From Sedimentisphaerales bacterium (GTDB lineage Bacteria; Planctomycetota; Phycisphaerae; Sedimentisphaerales; SM23-30): a stretch of 64,000 bases of DNA. Location: positions 64,001-128,000 of the forward strand of contig CAXXFK010000042.1 in NCBI GenBank assembly GCA_963663965.2. Direction: 5' to 3'. A program made the position numbers and the translations under genes. The notes beneath the pieces were generated by a model, which was given only the letters and a program-made list of their open reading frames with translations, was not told where the DNA came from and made no database searches. Below are positions 52,403 to 60,395 of this stretch, in pieces (within the stretch, counting starts at the first letter, position 1; every line of letters starts with the position of its first letter).

Positions 52403-52577
52403 GGGATGGTGTTGGGTGGCGATTATTTGGGTTGGGATTTTTGTTTGATTGGTTGGGGAGATTGATTATAATGAGGGTCAGGACAGGGTTGTCCGGCGCT
52501 GAGTCAGGAAGACGGACCGAATACATAAGATATTGTTTGATCTGTATATCTGTCTGTCTTGATTTTCAGGAGTTGTT

Positions 52578-54134
52578 ATGAGTACTGAAGAAAACGGGCG
52601 TGAAACGGTAGAGGCAAGTGGTCCGGAAGAGAAAGAATCGAAGCGCGAGGCGGGCCGGCCGGGACGGGGGCCGAAGCGTCGATTGCGGCGGAGTTGGGGG
52701 GGCTGGATTGGAGTGCTGACGCGCCGGGGGCTCTGGCTGGGGTTGGTGGCGGCGGTGGTGGCGATACCGATGGTGTGGCGGTTTATGCCGCAGCAATACG
52801 AGGCGACGGTGGCTGTTCAGATCAAGAAGATAATAAACAGCTTCATTTTTGGTGATGAGACGACGGATCGGCCGATGCCGAATTATGAAAGTTTTCGGAA
52901 TACCCAGGCGGAATATCTAGTCAGTCCACTTGTTATGGATGAAGTGGCTAATCAATTGGGAAAAGAGAAAATCTCTCTAAATATTTTAAGGGCTAAACCT
53001 GATGGTTTCTTTCGATTATTGAAAGAAATCTGGATACGTAAAGACTTGTCGCTCTGGTTCCGGGAGAGTTCTGGACTTGAGAATCGACTTATGAAGCTGG
53101 TCGATAACGGGACGATTGTTGCGGTTCCGCAACCTGACAGCGAAATGATAACAGTGACAATGAGGCATACAGATCCAGACGAGGCGCTGCGAATTGTGAG
53201 AGCGATTTGTATGGCATATATGCTGAAGATTGTCAGGCCGATGGAAGTTCATGAGACTGGGAAATTACGTGATTTACATGTTGAAAAGGATCAGTTTTGC
53301 AGATCTATACTGAATTTACGGGAAAGGATTCAGGAAATTGCTATGAAATATGGCACAGGCGATCTGGAGCGGTGGCAGGAAGTTACGATGGAACGCAAAG
53401 TGGCAATTGCTAAGAGAGTCGGTGAACTGGAACGGGAAAAGGTCGCTATCGAAGGTGAGCTGGCTAAACTGGAAGGACAGAATGGTACGGAATCGTCGAT
53501 TCCAGCAGTAGAAGATGAACTACTCAAGCAGGATTATATTAATAAGGATCCGCAGGTACAAAGCCTGATCCGAAATATCATTGAAGTACAGGAGCAGCTA
53601 ATTAAGGCTCATGAAATACTAAGTGAACAAAATCCGGAGCTGTGTCGGCTGCAAAACAGGCTGGTTCTATTACAATCAGCGTTGAATAAACGTAAGACGG
53701 AACTGGAACAGAGCTATTATGAGTTGCGGATGGGGGGGGCTGGTGCGGTAAGCAGTGTAGCTATGGCCCAAGCGATCAGGGAAGAGCCTATGCGATCGAT
53801 CAAAGAGCAGTTGGAGAACCGCGACGATGAGCTTGACAAGTTAAAGACAGAATTAGAAAGACTGGAGAAAGATTATAAAAACGCGGGCCGGGATTTATTG
53901 GAAATGTGGCAACGGCAAGATGACCTGACAATTCTTAAGCCAATATACGACAGGATAATGACTCGAATATATCAATTGGAAATTGAATTGTCAAGACGGC
54001 CGGGCCGGATTGAGGTGCCGTATGAACCGACATCAAATGCGTTGCCTGATCTGCGCGGGTGGATTACGTTCTGGCTGGGTGGTGGGATTGGGGTGGCGGT
54101 TGTTGGGATCTTTCTGTTGCGGAAGGTTGGTTGA
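52578..54134 (+). CDS. GumC/Wzc-N-like polysaccharide co-polymerase-type membrane protein without a kinase domain
   Basis: N-terminal TM, QYEATVAVQI, FRNTQAEYLVSP, SEMITV, long coiled coil, C-terminal TM. Confidence 0.65.
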   Translation: MSTEENGRETVEASGPEEKESKREAGRPGRGPKRRLRRSWGGWIGVLTRRGLWLGLVAAVVAIPMVWRFMPQQYEATVAVQIKKIINSFIFGDETTDRPMPNYESFRNTQAEYLVSPLVMDEVANQLGKEKISLNILRAKPDGFFRLLKEIWIRKDLSLWFRESSGLENRLMKLVDNGTIVAVPQPDSEMITVTMRHTDPDEALRIVRAICMAYMLKIVRPMEVHETGKLRDLHVEKDQFCRSILNLRERIQEIAMKYGTGDLERWQEVTMERKVAIAKRVGELEREKVAIEGELAKLEGQNGTESSIPAVEDELLKQDYINKDPQVQSLIRNIIEVQEQLIKAHEILSEQNPELCRLQNRLVLLQSALNKRKTELEQSYYELRMGGAGAVSSVAMAQAIREEPMRSIKEQLENRDDELDKLKTELERLEKDYKNAGRDLLEMWQRQDDLTILKPIYDRIMTRIYQLEIELSRRPGRIEVPYEPTSNALPDLRGWITFWLGGGIGVAVVGIFLLRKVG

Positions 54135-54183
54135 TGGTCTTTTACAGAATGGGGGCCCACAATAGACGTCCGTATGGTGGGAT

Positions 54184-54285
54184 GGTTGGGAGAGAGACGC
54201 GAGGCATCGCGTCTCTACGTGGGGCATTTGAGATTTGAGAGATCAGCCTTTTGTCTTTAAGGAGGGATAGCACGCTGAAGCGTGG
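54184..54285. repeat. REP-like palindromes (types C and B)
   Basis: GGTTGGGAGAGAGACGCGAGGCATCGCGTCTCTACGTGGGG (GTAG-type on the minus strand) and CACGCTGAAGCGTGG at 54271-54285; match the copies at 52328-52402. Confidence 0.7.
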
Positions 54286-54308
54286 ATTCCTTACGTGGAG
54301 TTCGAACT

Positions 54309-55673
54309 TCAGCTGAAGCGTTGGCTGAGGCGGTTGAGGATGGTTTCGGTTTCCCATTGGGGGTGACGGGAGCATTGGGCGGTTTCGCTGGCGGTGTTGC
54401 CCAGGTTGATGACGATGCCGGATTTTTTTTCGATGGTGTTCCAGGAGCAGAACTGGATATCGTGATGTTCTGACATCTGAATGATCTGGGCGCGGAGAGC
54501 GGGCCGGCCGCGATTGGCGCGGAGGTAAGGGGGCGCGACGGGCGGAACGCCGGGCAGGCGATGGTTGAGCAGGCCGTTGCGGTCGAGGCGATCGAAGTGG
54601 CCGTCTGCAACCAGGCCGAAGCGGATATCGATTTCTTTGAGCCGGGTGGCGATTTGGGGATCGATCACGGCGCAGCCAGTCAGGTCGCAGCCGGTGAAGT
54701 TCCGCATGAGATTGAGTTTGATGGCCCAGTCGAGCCGGTCGGAGACCGCTAGCGGTCCGGCGGCCAGCAGGTCCAGGGTTTCCTGCCAGAGTTGGCAGGC
54801 ATAACCGGCCCAGGGCGGCAGGTGTTCGGAGTGAAGGTGGGCGCGGACGATATCGAGATAGCGGCGCTGGATGCCCAGGGCGCTGTCGTGGGCGCCTCCG
54901 GCAAGCCGGACAGTCCGGGTCAGATCGAGGGTGGCGGTGAAGTCATTGAAAACCTGTAGTTCGCTATTTTCCAGAAAATCCACCGGTGGGCGAGAAAGCA
55001 AGCCGGCTTCGATCAGTTTAAGGATCAAGGCCGTGGTCGCGTATTTTAAAAAGAGAGCGGTTTGCGAAAACAGGCTGTCGCCGTGATTGATGTGGATCGA
55101 ACAGCGCCGATCCGGTTCGCGGCGGATGCAGGTGTCGATAATGGTGCGCTGTTTGGGGCCGTTGACACCGGTGAGATGGCGAACACGGGGTGACAGGGTG
55201 AACCAGGCGTTATCCATATGTTTGTAGTCGAGGCCGCCCGATCCGGTATAGATGATCCGTGAGACGAGATGGGGCATGATCTGCCGGGCGTAGGCACTGG
55301 CCTGAGGGCGGGTACTCTGGTAATTTTCGTGGCAGCCCCAGGTGTGACCGAGGTAATCGACATTGGTCCGGATCAGCTGGAATTCGCATGCCTGTGCTTC
55401 GCGGGCGAGGATGTCTTCGATGACTTTGAGGTTGTAGATGAGGTCCCAGGGATTGAAACATTCGCAGGTGCAGCCTTCGGGATGGTGGCCGGCGTCGATG
55501 TAGAATCGGCCCCACTCCCAGAAGAAGCCGTTGGGTCCGGGCAGGGTATGGTAGTTGGCCTGGCAACGGGACAATAGCCCAGGAGCGAGGCGCTCCTGAG
55601 CTTTACGGCTGTACCCGAGAATGCCGAATTCGCGTTCTTCACCAAAACAGCACATGGATTCAATACGGGTCAT
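54309..55673 (-). CDS. PafA/Dop-family (Pup ligase-like) protein
   Basis: FGEEREFG (GxExEFG), GRFYIDAGHHPEGCTCEC, TNVDYLGHTWGCHENY, LVSRIIYTGSG, SPR, HINHGDS, LKYATTALIL, ALGIQRRYL, LDWAIKL, C-terminal W. Confidence 0.87.
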   Translation of the reverse strand: MTRIESMCCFGEEREFGILGYSRKAQERLAPGLLSRCQANYHTLPGPNGFFWEWGRFYIDAGHHPEGCTCECFNPWDLIYNLKVIEDILAREAQACEFQLIRTNVDYLGHTWGCHENYQSTRPQASAYARQIMPHLVSRIIYTGSGGLDYKHMDNAWFTLSPRVRHLTGVNGPKQRTIIDTCIRREPDRRCSIHINHGDSLFSQTALFLKYATTALILKLIEAGLLSRPPVDFLENSELQVFNDFTATLDLTRTVRLAGGAHDSALGIQRRYLDIVRAHLHSEHLPPWAGYACQLWQETLDLLAAGPLAVSDRLDWAIKLNLMRNFTGCDLTGCAVIDPQIATRLKEIDIRFGLVADGHFDRLDRNGLLNHRLPGVPPVAPPYLRANRGRPALRAQIIQMSEHHDIQFCSWNTIEKKSGIVINLGNTASETAQCSRHPQWETETILNRLSQRFS

Positions 55674-55828
55674 TCGCCGGACTCCTGCTCGACGCGTTCG
55701 CGCAGGAAGGTCTGGCTGTCGGACGAAAGGGCATCCTGGATGATCTGGCTGCCCATCTGCAACAGGGACGTTTCATTCTGACGATTGACATCGGTGCGAC
55801 AACATTTTTCACTTTCTGTCATAGGCAT
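55670..55828 (-). CDS. Pup/UBact-like small protein modifier, 52 aa (not in the ORF track)
   Basis: Manual translation MPMTESEKCCRTDVNRQNETSLLQMGSQIIQDALSSDSQTFLRERVEQESGE*; AAGGAG RBS 8 nt upstream; its TGA overlaps the ATG of the PafA-like gene (ATGA). Confidence 0.85.
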   Translation of the reverse strand: MPMTESEKCCRTDVNRQNETSLLQMGSQIIQDALSSDSQTFLRERVEQESGE

Positions 55829-55876
55829 GGGTAATTCTCCTTAAATGACATGGTTGGGATTAATAGACAGGTAACA

Positions 55877-57670
55877 CTATGAATTCGGATCCGAAACGTT
55901 TAAGTTATCGATCATTTGTAACAGGCGCTGGTTGAGCAGATGAACGCAGGTTTGCAGATCAGGCTTGCCGTAGAACCAGTCCAGAGGGTAGCGGATTTTG
56001 AGATCGGCGAGTTCGGCGTCGATACGGCTGTTGGCGAAACGGTTGTAACGGGTGAACAGCAGCCGCTGCTGGACGCGGGGCAGGAAATAGCGCAGCAGGA
56101 TTTCCCAGCCGGGCCGGTCGCGGTAGTCGGAAATGTCGGGATATCCGCAGACAATAGCCGGGGAGAGGCTGTCGCCGGAGTATTGCCGGCCGAGGAAAGC
56201 CACCAGCAATTCGGCAGAATAGCTGATGGTCAATGATTCGGGATTAAAATGGTCGGACCGGATCAGATCAACGGCCATCTCGTTACGGTAGTAATCGAGA
56301 ATGGGGATCAGGCGCTGATGCATGTCGTGCATTCTGGTGATCTTGTCGGGTGTGGCAATGAGGATGAGTCTCAGACCGGGCTTGCGCCGGCATTCATGAT
56401 GGAGCAGCGAAATGGTTTGGGGATCGATCGGGGTATCCGTTTTTAAAACGTGGGATTCCGATTCGAATTTCCGGCGTGTTTCGCGACATTCATATTTGAC
56501 GCTCTGGCTGGTGGTGAGCTGTTCGATCCGGGTGAGGATATCGGGCAATAAGGGGTGGACGGCTGCCTGTGTTTGCGCGTTCTGGCGGGCCAGTTTGTAA
56601 TAGCGCAAGGCGGTTCTTTTTTCGCCGGACAGATCGCCCAGTCGGTGATAAACCGGGACAAAGAATCGGTGGCCGGCGCAGCAGGTACGCCTGAGAATGC
56701 TCAGCGCGCGGCTATAGCATTTGCGCGCCAGGGTGTGGTGTCCCGTGCGGTAGTACCATTCGCCGCGCAGGCGGAAGTAGACGGCGAAGTCCGGATGGTT
56801 TAATTTGCGGTAGGTCTGCCAGAGCAGTCTGCCGGTATTTTTCAGGTATGCCCTAGTGGTGAGGATGGCATCAGGTCCCTCCAATTCGAGCTTGCATTCC
56901 GCCAGGGTCAACATGGCGCGGACCACCTGAGGGCTGGCCATGGCGTAGTTTTTGATGAAATGAGCGAGCGCCTGTACGGACAGGGTTTGGGCCTGCCGCC
57001 AGTTGCCGGCGAGGGCATGGAGTTCGGCGATGTGGTGCTGAATTTCCATGGTGCGTGAATGGTGGGCGCCGTAGCACTGGACGAAATCGGCATGGGCCTT
57101 ATTGAGAATGAACAGGGCATCGTTGTAATAGCCCAGCTCGACCAGCAGGCTGCCCAGTCGGTAAAAGGCGTGTGCCGTATTGCTGTCTCGAACGGGGTAT
57201 CGGGTATTATAGTACTGAATAGCGGGTTTGATCAGTTGGTAGGCGGCTTGGTAGTCGCCATAGCGGGTGTGGATACAGGCCGCATTGACCTGATAAAATG
57301 CGCGGTTCGAACTGCTGTTGGGCATGCCGAGTACCTGGGAGATTAAAACCACGGCCTGGTTAAACTCGGCCAGTTCCATCAGGCAGATACTCAGGTTGTT
57401 GAGATAGGTCGTATCGTTGGGCGTCTGCTCGAGAGCCTGGATATAGGCCTGGGTGGCTTCGGTGAGATGGCCCGCCCGTTTGGAGGACAGTCCCAGCCAG
57501 TTGTAGATATCCGCCACGCCGGAGGGCCGATCGTCAGGCGGAATGCGATAGAAGCAGGCCAGCGCCATGCGGTAATAGCGGGCAGATTTGCGGAATTCGC
57601 CACGAGTAAAACATTCTCCGCCCGCACTGCAGCAGGCAGTCATACGCTCCTTTGGGGTTACCATAGACAC
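55877..57670 (-). CDS. TPR-repeat protein with a C-terminal DUF4062/TIR-like domain
   Basis: Multiple TPRs (IYNWLGL..K..G...EA..AY..AL, YLNNLS, AFYRLGSLL..LG.Y..AL, HPDFA); C-terminal LRLILIAT...LLVAFLGRQY...YP....YRDR..WE resembles DUF4062. Confidence 0.7.
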   Translation of the reverse strand: MSMVTPKERMTACCSAGGECFTRGEFRKSARYYRMALACFYRIPPDDRPSGVADIYNWLGLSSKRAGHLTEATQAYIQALEQTPNDTTYLNNLSICLMELAEFNQAVVLISQVLGMPNSSSNRAFYQVNAACIHTRYGDYQAAYQLIKPAIQYYNTRYPVRDSNTAHAFYRLGSLLVELGYYNDALFILNKAHADFVQCYGAHHSRTMEIQHHIAELHALAGNWRQAQTLSVQALAHFIKNYAMASPQVVRAMLTLAECKLELEGPDAILTTRAYLKNTGRLLWQTYRKLNHPDFAVYFRLRGEWYYRTGHHTLARKCYSRALSILRRTCCAGHRFFVPVYHRLGDLSGEKRTALRYYKLARQNAQTQAAVHPLLPDILTRIEQLTTSQSVKYECRETRRKFESESHVLKTDTPIDPQTISLLHHECRRKPGLRLILIATPDKITRMHDMHQRLIPILDYYRNEMAVDLIRSDHFNPESLTISYSAELLVAFLGRQYSGDSLSPAIVCGYPDISDYRDRPGWEILLRYFLPRVQQRLLFTRYNRFANSRIDAELADLKIRYPLDWFYGKPDLQTCVHLLNQRLLQMIDNLNVSDPNS

Positions 57671-57702
57671 ACACTCCCCTGGAAATAGTATAGAGTTAGT
57701 TG

Positions 57703-58005
57703 TTATTCAGTCGGGTAATAGCTTTCAATCAGTTTGAGTGAGCGGGCCGCCCGGCCTTCGCCGGGATGGCGGTCCAGAAACACTTTTAAAAGCGACTGGC
57801 ATTGTCGATATTGTTTTCGGTATAATAACAATGCCGCCAGAAGATCGGTATACCGCCAGTTGTCATCTGACGGTTGGTTCGATGTGGCACGCAGCATATC
57901 GATCGCCATATCGAAATGGCCATGCCGAATCAGTGTTCTGGCCTGGCGATACAGGCTGAATAAATTTCCCTTGTTCATCGTTGATACCTGTTTATAATTA
58001 TTCAT
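57703..58005 (-). CDS. Small TPR-like helical protein
   Basis: LYRQARTLIRHGHFDMAIDML...LLAALLLYRKQYRQCQSLLKVFLDRHP; co-oriented first gene of the operon. Confidence 0.65.
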   Translation of the reverse strand: MNNYKQVSTMNKGNLFSLYRQARTLIRHGHFDMAIDMLRATSNQPSDDNWRYTDLLAALLLYRKQYRQCQSLLKVFLDRHPGEGRAARSLKLIESYYPTE

Positions 58006-58299
58006 TGCGATAGAAAACTTACCGTTGCTTATTGCAACACTGATGGTATACTAAACATAAAGTTTTTTGAGAAGCTCTTAAGCAAGTTCTAAATAAATTA
58101 ATAGCAAGGAAACGGGCCCTTGCCAGTCTTAGTATTTCGCCTGAGTCGAAACGCTTTAAGCCAATCGATATTTTGCCTGAAAAGGTCGAAAATAATCAAT
58201 GTTGACTTTGGCAGATGAGAAGAAATTATCGTGATTGGCCGCAATAAAGGTGATTATAAGCGAGGTTCATGTAAAAAAAATAAAAAAGGGTAGAGAATC

Positions 58300-59406
58300 A
58301 TGAAAATTGAATTCTGTCTGCAGGAACTGATCAAGAAGCATAATATCAATTCGTACGGTTTACAGCGCAAGCTGGCGGAGAAAACGAAAAAACACACCCA
58401 GACCATCGCTAAAATAGTGAATAACCAGGCGTCGGCGCTTTCGGTAGAGACCCTGGAAATTATCTGCGAGTGGCTGGTGGATAATGGGGTGCCGGCCAAG
58501 GATTTGCCGCAGGCCTTGTTCAAGCAGACATCGTATGGCTTGTTTGATGCCCTGACCCACAAGAAAAACATGATCGTTTACCTGGGTGAGTCTTGTCAGC
58601 AGAGCCCGGACAAAGGGCCGGCGATTCGCTGGATTTCGCGTCGTGACGCCCAGGTGGAGAATCTGATTGTCAAGGAACTTTCCAGACAGTCCGCCCCTTT
58701 GACGATCGAGACGCGTTATGTTTCGGCCACGTTCAAGTATCATCCGGAAATGAATTATGAGGCTGAAGCGGCCAAGGATATTGAGAATTCCCGGGTATTG
58801 TATCAGGATATGGCGGGCCGGGTCGATCAAAGCGCCATGGTTCTGATCGGATCACAGCGGGCCAATTACCTGGTGGAACATTATATTGCCAACATGTTTC
58901 ATTGCCGGCCGTTTCAGCCGACAGCCAATCCGGGGGAAGAGGTGCCGTTTTATATCCGCTTCCGCAGCAAAGATCCGAATCTGGCCAGCGTATTTGGCGG
59001 GGCTGAATTGCCGGGGGGGTATGATGAAGATACGGATGAGGCCGGGATTCTGTTTCGTAATACAGAGAACAAGTGGGTATTCTGGCCGTGGGAGGAAAAG
59101 AAGCAATATGTCGCCCTGGCGATTGTGGAGTATACTCCGGGTCCGCAGAATATTGTCGTCTGTCTGTTTGGCTTTTCAGGCATGGCGACTGAATTGGTGG
59201 GTGAGTGTTTGGTTCGACAGGAGATCGATGGATTGTGGCCGCCCAGGATTCAGATTAAAAAGAAAAAGTATTCGATTGTGCTATGCAAATTCACGGTGCC
59301 GGAAGGATTCGATCTGGAAAACAACAAAGATTTTAATCTGATCGATAAAGAATTTGTCAGTCTGAATCATGAGATAGTCAAAAATCATATGAAGACCAAT
59401 AAGTGA
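58300..59406 (+). CDS. Cro/C1-type HTH regulator with a large uncharacterised C-terminal domain
   Basis: LQELIKKH..LQRKLAEKTKKHTQTIAKIVNNQASALSVETLEIICEWL; divergent from the TPR-Pup-PafA operon. Confidence 0.75.
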   Translation: MKIEFCLQELIKKHNINSYGLQRKLAEKTKKHTQTIAKIVNNQASALSVETLEIICEWLVDNGVPAKDLPQALFKQTSYGLFDALTHKKNMIVYLGESCQQSPDKGPAIRWISRRDAQVENLIVKELSRQSAPLTIETRYVSATFKYHPEMNYEAEAAKDIENSRVLYQDMAGRVDQSAMVLIGSQRANYLVEHYIANMFHCRPFQPTANPGEEVPFYIRFRSKDPNLASVFGGAELPGGYDEDTDEAGILFRNTENKWVFWPWEEKKQYVALAIVEYTPGPQNIVVCLFGFSGMATELVGECLVRQEIDGLWPPRIQIKKKKYSIVLCKFTVPEGFDLENNKDFNLIDKEFVSLNHEIVKNHMKTNK

Positions 59407-59475
59407 AGCAACTTGTGTTTTGACGGACCTGAGCATTGGCAGTCATTGACCCAAAGCGGTAAATTAGATCAACCT

Positions 59476-59573
59476 GACCCTAAACCGGCAGTGCCGGAAC
59501 CAAACAGGGTCACAGTGGCATCCGCCTCCCTGCTGAGATTTCTTTGCCATTTTGCGCAAGATTTCACTCGTAA
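59476..59573. repeat. Third copy of the 98-bp dispersed repeat
   Basis: Matches the unit at 14088 from GACCCTAAACC to GATTTCACTCG, then diverges. Confidence 0.95.
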
Positions 59574-59671
59574 GAGACTAAAATAGCTTGTATTTTAAAC
59601 GAATTGATATTAGAATTATCAATATAAATAAAGTTTGTGAAAAGGTATCTTGCCATTGGAGGAAAGCTAAA

Positions 59672-60355
59672 GTGAATCAGTGTGTCTGGATAGTATTTTG
59701 GGCTATTGGCGGCCTGATTGGGATTGTCCACCAGGTTAATGCTACCCTGATCGGATTTGTGCTGGAAGGGCAATTACAAGCCACGCAGGCAGACTATGGT
59801 CAGTTAGATGGCGCTCGAATTCGGTTGAGTTATACGGCGGATTCGCAGGCAACGCCGACGAATACGCGATCGTTTTCGGGTGGGGTTACCTCGTTTTTTG
59901 ACGTGTTTACCATGACCTGTCAGATTACGGATCGACCTGATGGGGCTGATGATATTTTAAATCTGAGCGTCAAGAATGATCCGATGGCGATTAATTTCTT
60001 TGAATCGCAAAGTGACAATGACCGGTTCACATTCGATAGCCGAACCTGGATGCTGCCGATGGGGGACTGGGATGAGATTGAACTGGATGTCAGTTCGTGG
60101 GGAATAGAATTCAGTACCAATGGCTTTTTTGGAGGTACTGACGCAGTGCCGGATTTGACATTTTTAGATGGCATGAATGCTAATGACTGGGTGGTTAGGC
60201 GATACCCGGAAATCACCGAGGAGTCCAGTGGAGATGAATATTCGATATCAGAGATATCATTGACTTTTGTGCCGGAGCCGGCAACGATTGGGCTGTTGAT
60301 GGTGGGAGGCATTCTGCTGAGGAAGCGGTTGTTGCTATCGTCGACACGTATCTAA
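59672..60355 (+). CDS. PEP-CTERM sorting-domain protein
   Basis: GGAGG RBS before GTG 59672, signal peptide, C-terminus VPEPATIGLLMVGGILLRKR. Confidence 0.87.
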   Translation: MNQCVWIVFWAIGGLIGIVHQVNATLIGFVLEGQLQATQADYGQLDGARIRLSYTADSQATPTNTRSFSGGVTSFFDVFTMTCQITDRPDGADDILNLSVKNDPMAINFFESQSDNDRFTFDSRTWMLPMGDWDEIELDVSSWGIEFSTNGFFGGTDAVPDLTFLDGMNANDWVVRRYPEITEESSGDEYSISEISLTFVPEPATIGLLMVGGILLRKRLLLSSTRI

Positions 60356-60395
60356 ATTAAGCGCATTGGAAAAAGAAATGTGTCCTATTGAACCG

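Noticed and set aside
48000..54300. Integron cassette array
   Set aside because: No integrase, and no convincing attC (RYYYAAC...GTTRRRY) sites after the ORFs.
54309..55673. Calling this gene dop or assigning the symbol pafA
   Set aside because: The motif is PafA-like rather than Dop-like, but divergence and context do not justify claiming orthology.
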